Virus record (IMG/VR): IMGVR_UViG_2731957969_000006
Direction: 5' to 3' (one strand)
From: an uncultured virus (IMG/VR IMGVR_UViG_2731957969_000006)
Taxonomy: Duplodnaviria > Heunggongvirae > Uroviricota > Caudoviricetes
DNA length: 64,000 nucleotides
Shown: piece after piece, positions 10,031 to 18,744 of the stretch
How the letters are laid out: the number at the start of each line of letters is the position of its first letter
Position numbering within the stretch: the first letter of the stretch is position 1
Made by a program: the position numbers and the translations under genes
Notes under the pieces: generated by a model
Told to the model about the DNA's origin: nothing
Database searches by the model: none
The model's input: only the letters and a program-made list of their open reading frames with translations

Positions 10031-10406
10031 ACTTATGCTCACATTGCCATTTCCACCAAGCGTTAACTCGTATTGGCGAAACATTAAGGGGAGAACGCTG
10101 ATTAGTGAAAAAGGGCGTAAGTTTCGAATTAACACGATCGCCTCTGTCTATGAGCAACTAAAACGAAAACCTAAAGCTATTAAAGAAAATGTCTCTGTCC
10201 TAGTTCGTTTATACCCACCAACAAAACAGCGCAGGGATATTGATAACTTTTTAAAGGCCCCATTTGATGCATTAACACATGCGGGTATTTGGGAAGATGA
10301 TCAGCAGGTAAAGCATATGGATGTGATGTTAATGGAAGTCGTAAAGGGTGGAAAGTTAGAAATCACTATCCGCTCATTTAATAACGTGATGTACGGTCAC
10401 GAATAA
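10023..10406 (+). CDS. rusA: RusA Holliday junction resolvase
   Basis: LPFPPSVN, RRDIDN..K..DAL and DD.QV motifs. Confidence 0.92.
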   Translation: MPELMLTLPFPPSVNSYWRNIKGRTLISEKGRKFRINTIASVYEQLKRKPKAIKENVSVLVRLYPPTKQRRDIDNFLKAPFDALTHAGIWEDDQQVKHMDVMLMEVVKGGKLEITIRSFNNVMYGHE

Positions 10407-10424
10407 AACGTGGAGAGAAATAGC

Positions 10425-11228
10425 ATGAATGGATTAATTGTTATTGATGGTTTTCAGGTTCGTAGAGATGTAGCCGGTCGCTATTGTTTAAATGATTTAC
10501 ATCGAGTGTCAGGTGGTGAAAAACGACACCAACCATCGAACTGGAGTTCATTGGCTCAAACGAAAGAGTTAATTGATGAAATTTCGACCGCTCCTGAGAT
10601 CACAGGAGCGCCTATTGCCACTGTCGCTGGTGGATATAACCAAGGGACGTATGTTTGCAAAGAATTAGTGTATGCCTATGCAATGTGGATCAGTGCTTCT
10701 TTTCATTTGAAAGTGATTCGCACCTTTGATGCTTTAGTGTCACAACAGCACCAGGAGAAACTCAGTGATAAGGTTCAAGCGGGCGTGATACTACTTGAGT
10801 CGATGTCTAAAAGTTTAAATTTTTCGAATTCATCAAAGTTAGGCGCTTATCAAAAATTACAGGCCATGGCGGGGTTACCTGAGTTAGCCCCTGTTTATGC
10901 GATTGATGCACCCAGTGGATCTATGGATGGCTCCAGTCGTCCTACTGTGGCTTTATCAACACTGATTAAAAAACACAATTTACCCATTTCAGCACCTCAG
11001 GCATTTAAACGTTTAGCCGAACTCGGAATTGTTGAGCGTTTATCACGTCCAAGTACGAAAACTGCCAGCAAAGTAAAAGAGTTCTGGTCAGTGACTGCGC
11101 GAGGGTGTCAGTTTGGGAAGAATATGACGAGCCCTAATAATCCTCGTGAAACCCAACCGCATTTCTTTGAGAGTAAAACGGATGAGTTGATCCGTATGGT
11201 GATGTTGAATAAGCAGGTAAGCGCATGA
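10425..11228 (+). CDS. KilA-N domain antirepressor-like protein
   Basis: GRYCLNDLHR, QGTYVCKELVYAYAMWIS. Confidence 0.85.
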   Translation: MNGLIVIDGFQVRRDVAGRYCLNDLHRVSGGEKRHQPSNWSSLAQTKELIDEISTAPEITGAPIATVAGGYNQGTYVCKELVYAYAMWISASFHLKVIRTFDALVSQQHQEKLSDKVQAGVILLESMSKSLNFSNSSKLGAYQKLQAMAGLPELAPVYAIDAPSGSMDGSSRPTVALSTLIKKHNLPISAPQAFKRLAELGIVERLSRPSTKTASKVKEFWSVTARGCQFGKNMTSPNNPRETQPHFFESKTDELIRMVMLNKQVSA

Positions 11229-12250
11229 AGTTACTATTAACGCCGTATATTCAAAAAGAATTGGGGGTTGTGTTGTTGAAACCTGGTGCTGAGTTGCTTG
11301 AGCAATTTAGAAACCATCAGCGTGTGATCATCAGTGATGTACCACAGAGTTTAGATGTGTTGCCCTCAGGCGCATTAACCGGTGATGAACAGCCGATTTT
11401 AAATAATAAGCACATTGTTCAATTTCTCAATAGCAAAAAGGTGATCCACACCATAGATAAAGTTTCACCGATGGATGCGTGGGTCGCTCATCATATTCAT
11501 TGTTGTCAGATTAATAACGATGCAGATAACTATCATCATCATGAATTGGTGACCACATTTCATGAAGCGGGTGTGATCCGCACTTGTTGGTATCACGATA
11601 ATCATATTCGAAACTCATCAGCAGGGTGGGTTGCTGAGCTGGCTCATAAAAATCGTATTGATTGGATGTTAGATACTATTCGTTTTCGTTTGAGATTAGA
11701 TTGTGGCCACCAGCTGACGATACCTGATTTCTTCACCTTTGCTGTTATGCATAACGTTATCGATGAATTACCTGATGCCATATTACGGAGAGTGTTGGAC
11801 TGGCCAGATAAACCCAAAGAACGCAGAGTGCACGGCGGATTTCCTGAGGCTGATATTGTTCCAAATGAAATGTCAGCATTATCTGCAATGAGCGGGCGTT
11901 TAGAGGCGATAAAACCGGTTATTAAAGTTGCTGTCGATCCGGAGCCACCAGCCTCATTTCTGCTGAAACCTAAAATGCAACGTTGGGAAAATACCCAATG
12001 GTTGCAATGGGTAAAAACTCAACCGTGTTGCGTGTGTGGGCAACAGGCTGATGATCCGCATCACATCATAGGTCATGGTATGGGAGGCATGGGAACGAAA
12101 GCTCATGACTTATTTACTATTCCATTGTGTCGCATTCATCATGACGAGTTACATCGAGACCCCAAACAATGGGAAGCCACTCACGGCAATCAACTCGAAT
12201 TGTTATTTCATTTTTTAAACCGTTCTTTAGGTATCGGTGCATTTATTTAA
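11225..12250 (+). CDS. DUF968 (YdfU-like) protein with C-terminal HNH-like zinc motif
   Basis: WVKTQPCCVCG..DDPHH..IPLCRIHHDELH. Confidence 0.85.
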   Translation: MKLLLTPYIQKELGVVLLKPGAELLEQFRNHQRVIISDVPQSLDVLPSGALTGDEQPILNNKHIVQFLNSKKVIHTIDKVSPMDAWVAHHIHCCQINNDADNYHHHELVTTFHEAGVIRTCWYHDNHIRNSSAGWVAELAHKNRIDWMLDTIRFRLRLDCGHQLTIPDFFTFAVMHNVIDELPDAILRRVLDWPDKPKERRVHGGFPEADIVPNEMSALSAMSGRLEAIKPVIKVAVDPEPPASFLLKPKMQRWENTQWLQWVKTQPCCVCGQQADDPHHIIGHGMGGMGTKAHDLFTIPLCRIHHDELHRDPKQWEATHGNQLELLFHFLNRSLGIGAFI

Positions 12251-12277
12251 CGTGTGTACGGCACGAGTGGAGGAAAT

Positions 12278-12958
12278 ATGCCAATTTATGCGCATGACTT
12301 GAAATATTTAAGTGATATGGCATCGATAGCTACATCAAACTTAAGGGCTTCAACAAAAGGTCAGTTAGAAGCATTTGAAGATTTTGGGTTAACAGACACG
12401 AGAGCAACACCAAGAGTTAGAATACGAGATTTAAAATTAAATGGTCGTTTTGTTTGTCGTGATACCGATCCAATCTATGTATTAGAAACTCGCTGTCGTC
12501 GAACACCAAAGCCGATGATAGAGCCTGTGGATTTTTTATTATGCTCATGGCGTAGGGCTATCAATGCATTAAGTGAAGAGCAACACTCATGGATAATGTA
12601 TTGTTATGGATATAGCTTGAAATTTGAGCATCAAGTTAATATCAGTGTTCATGTGTGGTCTGAATTTGAAAAACAGCATAAAGGTAAAAAGATAACTAAA
12701 AAAGTTAAAGAACGACTAAGATCATTAGTCTGGTTATCGGTTCAGGCTTACACTAGGCGTAATTATTCACAAACAGAGCTGGCTCGCTTGGTGGGTGTTA
12801 AGCGTGATAATTGGAGTAAAAACTATCAAGTATATTGGGATTATCTACTTTATGTGTGTTATGAATTAGATAAATTGGCATTACTTTCAATGAGGCGAGT
12901 TAGAATCGAGTTGATCAATAAAAATAATAACGACAACTTGCAAAAGTCAACAAAATAG
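12278..12958 (+). CDS. Late-gene antiterminator Q
   Basis: TKGQLEAFE, SWRRAI and a C-terminal HTH; sits before the late promoter. Confidence 0.8.
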   Translation: MPIYAHDLKYLSDMASIATSNLRASTKGQLEAFEDFGLTDTRATPRVRIRDLKLNGRFVCRDTDPIYVLETRCRRTPKPMIEPVDFLLCSWRRAINALSEEQHSWIMYCYGYSLKFEHQVNISVHVWSEFEKQHKGKKITKKVKERLRSLVWLSVQAYTRRNYSQTELARLVGVKRDNWSKNYQVYWDYLLYVCYELDKLALLSMRRVRIELINKNNNDNLQKSTK

Positions 12959-13026
12959 GCGATATTTAAGTCTAATTTGGTATATTGCCAAAATTGTTTA
13001 TAACCTCGCCTTTGCGGGGTTTTTTA
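12938..13026 (+). promoter_or_regulatory. pR'-like late promoter and tR' terminator
   Basis: TTGCAA-N17-GATATT; hairpin AACCTCGC..GCGGGGTT plus T-run at 13002-13026. Confidence 0.55.
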
Positions 13027-13116
13027 TTGGCAATTAGTAGATAAGACTTGCTGTTCTCTTTGGTCAGAGTTACATGTGTAGTTATGCACAATAACTAACC
13101 AAAGGTATAAAATATC

Positions 13117-13314
13117 ATGTTAAAACAGTGTGATATGACAGATGAAGCAAGAGTGTTTTTTGATAAAATTCCTGAAGATAAGTTAATTACAGCTCAGTTC
13201 ATGTTTTGGGAAACAGGGTTTTCTGTGCCAAAATGCGGGTTTTTGATAACTCAATTTGTAATGGCTGGGTTATTGCGGGAATTGGGGAACGGTTTTTTCC
13301 AAAAAAATATTTAA
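13117..13314 (+). CDS. Small winged-helix phage protein (MLKQxDMT family)
   Basis: Homologue at 48535; both preceded by GACTTGCTGT..GAGTTACA. Confidence 0.7.
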   Translation: MLKQCDMTDEARVFFDKIPEDKLITAQFMFWETGFSVPKCGFLITQFVMAGLLRELGNGFFQKNI

Positions 13315-13381
13315 TAATAAAAAAGAAAAGCTGGTGGCTTAACCGTCATCGGCTTTTTTATTGCGTAGAAAAGGACTTCTG

Positions 13382-14404
13382 ATGCAACTATTTAATGACG
13401 ACGCACTATCTGTATTAAAAACACTACCTGATAACAGTATTGATTTAATCGCCACGGATCCACCGTATTTCAGAGTGAAGTCGTGCGCATGGGATAATCA
13501 GTGGGATAATGTTGAGTCGTATCTGTCTTGGCTTGATGAGGTATTAGCTGAATTCTGGCGGGTATTAAAATCCAATGGCAGTTTGTATTTATTCTGTGGT
13601 TCTAAATTGGCGTCAGATACTGAATTGCTTGTTCGCGGGCGATTTAATGTATTAAGTCATATTATCTGGGCTAAACCATCTGGGCCATGGAAAAAACAAA
13701 ATAAGGAAAGCCTGCGCACCTTTTTTCCTTCAACAGAACGAATACTTTTTGCTGAACATTATCAAAAACCAGTCACAGCTAAAGGTTCTGAGTTTTCGTT
13801 AAAATGTAAAGAGCTAAAACAAAATGTATTCAAGCCATTGATTGATTATTTTAGAAATGCTCGTTTATCACTGCAGGTGAGTGCAAAAGAAATAGACCAA
13901 GCAACAGGTAAGCAAATGTGCAGTCATTGGTTCAGCAATAGTCAGTGGCAATTACCTAGCGAGGAAGACTATAAAAAGTTACAAACACTGTTTACACACA
14001 TTGCTGATAAACACGAAAAACTATCACCGTTATCCCGCCAGTTTACCGAGTTAGAGCGTGAGCAGGTTACATTACAAAAAGACTACCAAGAATTAATAAA
14101 AGAATATGGGTTATTAAGGCGACCATTCTTTGTAACTGCAGATGTGCCTTACACCGATGTGTGGGATTATCCACCTGTTCAGTATTATCCCGGTAAACAT
14201 CCTTGTGAGAAACCATCGGCCATGATGGAACACATTATTCGCTCAAGTAGTCGCGAAGGGGATCTAGTTGCTGATTTTTTTATGGGGTCGGGTGCAACAC
14301 TAAAGTCCGCATTAAAGTTAAATCGTCGAGTTCTTGGGGTTGAACTTGAGAAAGAGCGATTTGAACAAACCGAACAAGAAATAAAAGCGCTAACTTGTAA
14401 GTAA
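13382..14404 (+). CDS. DNA methyltransferase, beta-class N4/N6
   Basis: TDPPY catalytic motif, HPCEKP, DFFMGSG. Confidence 0.92.
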   Translation: MQLFNDDALSVLKTLPDNSIDLIATDPPYFRVKSCAWDNQWDNVESYLSWLDEVLAEFWRVLKSNGSLYLFCGSKLASDTELLVRGRFNVLSHIIWAKPSGPWKKQNKESLRTFFPSTERILFAEHYQKPVTAKGSEFSLKCKELKQNVFKPLIDYFRNARLSLQVSAKEIDQATGKQMCSHWFSNSQWQLPSEEDYKKLQTLFTHIADKHEKLSPLSRQFTELEREQVTLQKDYQELIKEYGLLRRPFFVTADVPYTDVWDYPPVQYYPGKHPCEKPSAMMEHIIRSSSREGDLVADFFMGSGATLKSALKLNRRVLGVELEKERFEQTEQEIKALTCK

Positions 14405-14467
14405 TTCTTACAGGTTCAACTATCCGGTTATTCCGGATGGTTCACATTGTTTCGTTTAGAGGCTGAT

Positions 14468-14812
14468 ATGACGATTAATAATTTAAAAGTAATCAATGAT
14501 CGGTATATAGCCGAAGAGCAGAGAAGATCGATTATTGAAAGAGCTGAGAAAAAAGCTAGTACATATAATTCGGCCAAAAAAATATTTCAAATGGCTGAGT
14601 CTGGTGAATGCGTTAAACATGGAAATGGTTATATTGATGTTGTTCTTCATGGTCAAAACATTATCTATTTTCTCTCTCTTTTGAGGGGAACTAAATTATT
14701 TAGAAAATACGATAATAATGTCTATCAGCATCGAGCGTGCAAGAGGCTATTTCTCTATGAATGGCTGAATGAGCTAGGTGGAGTCAATTTCGTAAGAATT
14801 ATCCTTTCCTAA
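14468..14812 (+). CDS. Hypothetical moron protein
   Basis: GAGG SD; AT-rich ORF between the MTase and the holin. Confidence 0.6.
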   Translation: MTINNLKVINDRYIAEEQRRSIIERAEKKASTYNSAKKIFQMAESGECVKHGNGYIDVVLHGQNIIYFLSLLRGTKLFRKYDNNVYQHRACKRLFLYEWLNELGGVNFVRIILS

Positions 14813-14911
14813 TACGCAGACCACAGTATCAATCACAACACCTCACGTTCACACAAGAGCTGTGAATCGGCACACCTTTAACTAAACTTAGGCACTCCGT
14901 AGGGGGTGTAT

Positions 14912-15181
14912 ATGCGCATGGACAAATTAACCAATGCTACCTACGGAACGGCTGGCTTAACTGCCTTTTTTGCAAGCCTCTCACTGTATGAATGGGGATT
15001 TGTAATAGGGATGGGATTTAGCATGCTTCTTGGATTAGCAACTTATCTGATGACACGGCGAGAACAGCGAAAACGAACAGCATTATTTGCTGAATTGGTT
15101 CATCGAAATTGTTCTAGTGATCCGCGAGAAATCGAAAAAATAGTCGGTGAGATGCTGACTAAAGCTAAAAAGGACATCTAA
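14912..15181 (+). CDS. Holin (pinholin-like) with Met-Arg-Met dual start
   Basis: Two hydrophobic segments, basic tail, ATGCGCATG; precedes the endolysin. Confidence 0.85.
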   Translation: MRMDKLTNATYGTAGLTAFFASLSLYEWGFVIGMGFSMLLGLATYLMTRREQRKRTALFAELVHRNCSSDPREIEKIVGEMLTKAKKDI

Positions 15182-15651
15182 TGAACCTAAAACAAAAAGT
15201 GACAGCTGTTGCGAGTGCTGGTGCGGTAAGTATTGCACTAACAGTGATTGGTTATTTTGAGGGGGTGCGTTATGAACCTTACCGCGATGTTGCTGGAATT
15301 CTGACGGTTTGTTATGGCCATACTGGAAACGACATCATTCAAGGTAAGACATACACACAACAAGAGTGTGACGAGTTACTGCAGAAAGACTTTATCAGAA
15401 CGCAACAGCAAGTCGATATCCTGGTTAAAGTGCCGGTCGATGATAAAACAAAAGCTTCTCTATATTCCTTTGCCTTTAATGTCGGTACCACAGCTTTTGC
15501 ACGTTCTACATTGCTAAAGAAATTAAATGCAGGTGATCAGTATGGTGCTTGTGAAGAAATGAAACGCTGGGTTTATGCAGGTGGAAAAGTATGGCGAGGG
15601 TTGGTCAGTCGTAGAGAGGCGGAGTCAGCGTTATGCAATGGAAGTCTTTAA
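15181..15651 (+). CDS. SAR endolysin, GH24 lysozyme
   Basis: N-terminal Ala/Gly-rich anchor, then EG..PYRD..T.CYGHT. Confidence 0.93.
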   Translation: MNLKQKVTAVASAGAVSIALTVIGYFEGVRYEPYRDVAGILTVCYGHTGNDIIQGKTYTQQECDELLQKDFIRTQQQVDILVKVPVDDKTKASLYSFAFNVGTTAFARSTLLKKLNAGDQYGACEEMKRWVYAGGKVWRGLVSRREAESALCNGSL

Positions 15652-15791
15652 TCATCATCGTCGGTTTTATTCTTACATTACTCATCTCGGTCGCTAGTGG
15701 CATTTATCTCTCAATTGATAATTCATGTAGTAACGATAAAGCCAGTTTAGACAAGCGCTGTCAGATTGCTCTCTCACATCATAGGTACTAA
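15633..15791 (+). CDS. 52-aa single-TM lysis-cassette protein (not in ORF track)
   Basis: GGAG SD; open and conserved in the second cassette at 53012-53170. Confidence 0.7.
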   Translation: MQWKSLIIIVGFILTLLISVASGIYLSIDNSCSNDKASLDKRCQIALSHHRY

Positions 15792-15793
15792 TT

Positions 15794-16255
15794 ATGAAGT
15801 ATTGGAAATTTTACATTGTAGTTGTGATGGTGGGGATTGTTGCTGGTGGTTGTGCGCTGATTAATGCACAAACTAAAAGAATTAACATACTGACAGAAAA
15901 GAACAAAGAACTTACAGCCACACTCGAAGAGCAAAAGGCTATCAATACTGATTATCAAGTACGTATAGAGCGACTAAATCAACTTGATACAAGGCATACT
16001 CAGGAGCTTGTTAATGCAAAGAATGAAATTAGTCGTTTGCGTGATATTAGTGAGCGTAATCCTAAGCGGGTGTACATCAAAGCCGAGTGTCCAAAGAGCA
16101 CCAGTAATCCCCCCACCAGCATGGATGATGCAACCACCGCCCGACCTACTGACACCGCTATCCGAAATTATTGGTTACTCCGAGAGCGAATTTCACAGTC
16201 AGAGCAAATAATTAAAGGGTTGCAGGATTATGTAAGGCAGGAGTGTGTACATTAA
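15794..16255 (+). CDS. i-spanin (Rz)
   Basis: N-terminal TM, coiled coil, YWLLRERI..LQDYV motif. Confidence 0.9.
   Translation: MKYWKFYIVVVMVGIVAGGCALINAQTKRINILTEKNKELTATLEEQKAINTDYQVRIERLNQLDTRHTQELVNAKNEISRLRDISERNPKRVYIKAECPKSTSNPPTSMDDATTARPTDTAIRNYWLLRERISQSEQIIKGLQDYVRQECVH
16023..16211 (+). CDS. o-spanin (Rz1) lipoprotein nested in Rz
   Basis: Lipobox LSGC, Pro-rich PPPAWMMQPPPDLL. Confidence 0.88.
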   Translation: MKLVVCVILVSVILSGCTSKPSVQRAPVIPPPAWMMQPPPDLLTPLSEIIGYSESEFHSQSK

Positions 16256-16395
16256 TGGCAATATTCAAACGACTCACTAAAGAGCAAATAACGCGAGATT
16301 ACGATCCTGATTGGTTATTGGATTTAGCTTGCTTTGTTCACCAATTCACGGAATATGATGAATGGGCTATCAAGATGGGTAAACCGATTAAGTAA
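16255..16395 (+). CDS. 46-aa hypothetical protein (possibly internally deleted)
   Basis: TAATG coupling to Rz; AGGAG SD. Confidence 0.4.
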   Translation: MAIFKRLTKEQITRDYDPDWLLDLACFVHQFTEYDEWAIKMGKPIK

Positions 16396-16518
16396 CTGGC
16401 AATAAAAAATATCATTGTCTTTTCTTTTTTATGATGAGCTTCATAGATATAAAACTTATAGTTTAATATTTTTGCTAATACTATAGGAACTAGCAATAAA
16501 ATTTTGGAGATTCTTGTA

Positions 16519-16710
16519 ATGTCAGAAGAAAAAAGACGCTGTACGGTTATGAGTCTACATGATAAACCTGAAGGTAACTTTATTAAGTATGCGCCTATAA
16601 AGATGTTAGATAATGCCAATGAACCATATGTTGCTGAACAGGCTATCGTTGAGTTAGATAACGGGCGAGTAGTAGAAGTTAATCCATCGGAGATACGCTT
16701 CATCAAATAA
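16519..16710 (+). CDS. Hypothetical moron protein
   Basis: GGAG SD; AT-rich upstream region and downstream hairpins. Confidence 0.6.
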   Translation: MSEEKRRCTVMSLHDKPEGNFIKYAPIKMLDNANEPYVAEQAIVELDNGRVVEVNPSEIRFIK

Positions 16711-16811
16711 AATCATTTATTTATACAAACCTCACTCATTGAGTGGCGTTAATAGAGTTTATTTAGGTAGCCATCAGTTAATCGCTGGTGGCTTTTTTAT
16801 TGGAGAGGATC

Positions 16812-17123
16812 ATGTCAGATAACCAGATTAACTATGAGGCGATAGGTCGTGATGTATACCTATCCAAAAAGATACATTCTTTGATTCGGAGTAGGCAGTC
16901 TGAACTTAAAGGTATTGCAGGCGCTATAAATGAAACTTGCTTTACCTATAGTCGGCTAACTAATGAATATAGATTGTTTAATTATGACAACATTCCTGTA
17001 GCAATCGAAACAATTAAATCTATTGATAACCAACTTAAAGAATTACTCCCAGAGCAGAATAAGTGGGCCAAGATAGCAGGTGGTGAACCTATTGTTATTG
17101 AGGGATTAAACGATGTCAGATAA
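16812..17123 (+). CDS. Hypothetical protein
   Basis: GAGG SD; 103-aa ORF. Confidence 0.65.
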   Translation: MSDNQINYEAIGRDVYLSKKIHSLIRSRQSELKGIAGAINETCFTYSRLTNEYRLFNYDNIPVAIETIKSIDNQLKELLPEQNKWAKIAGGEPIVIEGLNDVR

Positions 17124-17532
17124 CACTATCCAATTAAAAATCTCAGTAGATACAAGTGAGCTAGATAAGCTAGAAGAACAACTCACTCGCATTAAACAAC
17201 TAATGCAAGATGTAGGTGTGAAGGTCAGCATTAAACCAGAGCAAAGCAACGATTTCTTTATTGCGGGTTCGGGTAATTACTTTATAAAAGATGCTGTTAT
17301 TGATGGCGCAAAACTTAAGTGCTGTGCGTCAGGTGATGCGGTATTTAGTGGTGTGCTTGCTATTGGTGAAGTAGAGCAGGATATCAATGTTCTGCTGGCA
17401 GATTTACGCATGAAAGCCAACGAACAAGATATTGCTATCACTGAGTTAAAAAGAGCAATGGAAACTCGGCATCAAGCGTGGGCACAAGCTGTGAGTGATC
17501 TAAATAACCAAACGTGGTGCAGTCAGAAGTAA
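17113..17532 (+). CDS. Hypothetical phage protein
   Basis: Coupled ORF with coiled-coil segments. Confidence 0.6.
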   Translation: MSDNTIQLKISVDTSELDKLEEQLTRIKQLMQDVGVKVSIKPEQSNDFFIAGSGNYFIKDAVIDGAKLKCCASGDAVFSGVLAIGEVEQDINVLLADLRMKANEQDIAITELKRAMETRHQAWAQAVSDLNNQTWCSQK

Positions 17533-17579
17533 AGGTGAGAATCCCCTCTTTAATTGCCCTTTAGATTACAGGAAATTAC

Positions 17580-17930
17580 ATGCCACCTCGCATACCTCGC
17601 GCATGTCGTAAACAGGGATGCGCCAAGACAACAACAGAACGTAACGGCTACTGTGCAGATCATCAAAACCTAGGGTGGGAAGCCCACCAGCGCGGTAAGT
17701 CTCGTCATCAACGTGGTTATGGTGCCAAGTGGGATAAACTGCGAGTGCGTATACTCAAGCGTGATAAGTATTTGTGCCAAGAATGCCTGAGGTCAGGACG
17801 TGCCACTGAAGCAAAAACAGTTGACCATATCATTGCTAAGGCACATGGGGGTACCGATGCAGAAGATAACTTGCAAAGCCTATGCTGGCCTTGTCACAGA
17901 ACCAAGACTGCAAAGGAGAGAACGCTATGA
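17580..17930 (+). CDS. Terminase-associated HNH endonuclease (HK97 gp74-like)
   Basis: RGYG..W, CQEC, VDHI, NLQSLCWPCH; upstream of cos and terS. Confidence 0.9.
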   Translation: MPPRIPRACRKQGCAKTTTERNGYCADHQNLGWEAHQRGKSRHQRGYGAKWDKLRVRILKRDKYLCQECLRSGRATEAKTVDHIIAKAHGGTDAEDNLQSLCWPCHRTKTAKERTL

Positions 17931-18124
17931 CGCAAGATGAACAAACCTTACTTATGTTTAAAGGAATAGTTGCTGAACTACCCGAACAAAGCAGAGCTAA
18001 AGTTAAACATTGTATTGCTGAAATAAACAATTTGCTTGCGGAATATCCTGATGGTGAAGCATTGCTTGCTGTGGGCTATATCGGTGCCGAACAGCAGATG
18101 AAAGGTAATATTGGTCACGGATAA
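17927..18124 (+). CDS. Hypothetical protein
   Basis: AGGAG SD; ATGA overlap with the HNH gene. Confidence 0.6.
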   Translation: MTQDEQTLLMFKGIVAELPEQSRAKVKHCIAEINNLLAEYPDGEALLAVGYIGAEQQMKGNIGHG

Positions 18125-18140
18125 CAGTACCATTCCTCAT

Positions 18141-18195
18141 GGGGGAGGGGCGGGTCAAATCCCTACCACTCTCGCCTTATAGGACCGCCCCCTTA
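18141..18195 (+). other. Putative cos packaging site, HK97-type
   Basis: GGGGCGGGTCAAATCCC..GACCGCCCC between HNH and terS. Confidence 0.55.
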
Positions 18196-18271
18196 CCTCT
18201 TTTCACATCACCGCAGGTTAGAAAACTTTTTTTGGGGAACCCAAAGCGATTATTGATAGGAGATTTCTATT

Positions 18272-18741
18272 ATGCTGGACCGCCTAAAACCCCGTCACAT
18301 CTGCAATTGGTGAGGGGGAACCCATCAAAACGACCGATTAACAAGAAAGAGCCAAAACCACCAAAAGGGGTACCCCCAACTCCGAAACATTTCACTAAGC
18401 AAGGTAAGTATTGGTTTAAGCGTATTGCTGAAGAACTTGATGCAATGGGTGTCATGAGTCAGATGGATGCCAAGGCATTGGAGTTACTCGTCGAAGCTTA
18501 TACTGAATATCGACACCATTGTGATGTTCTTGATAAAGAAGGCTATACCTACAAAAACAATACAGAAAGTGGATTGATGATAAAGGCGCATCCATCTGCT
18601 GCAATGAAGGCAGACGCATGGAAACGTATTCGCGCCATGTTAAGTGAATTTGGTATGACTCCCGCTTCTCGAGCAAAAGTCAGTATTGATAAGCAAGCCG
18701 AAGAAGATCCTTTCGAGGCATTTTTGAAAAAGCGCAAATGA
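18272..18741 (+). CDS. terS: Terminase small subunit, P27 family; start codon offset by a 1-bp deletion
   Basis: GNPSKRP and FGMTPASR; the ATG after AGGAG is one base out of frame (ATGCT instead of ATGGCT). Confidence 0.85.
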
Positions 18742-18744
18742 TGA

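Noticed and set aside
14813..14900. tRNA genes upstream of the holin, as in some lambdoid phages
   Set aside because: No cloverleaf or T-loop GTTCGA context seen here or before the second holin
18139..18271. N-terminal extension of terS given by the ORF track
   Set aside because: It runs through the cos region; the real SD and ATG are at 18258-18274
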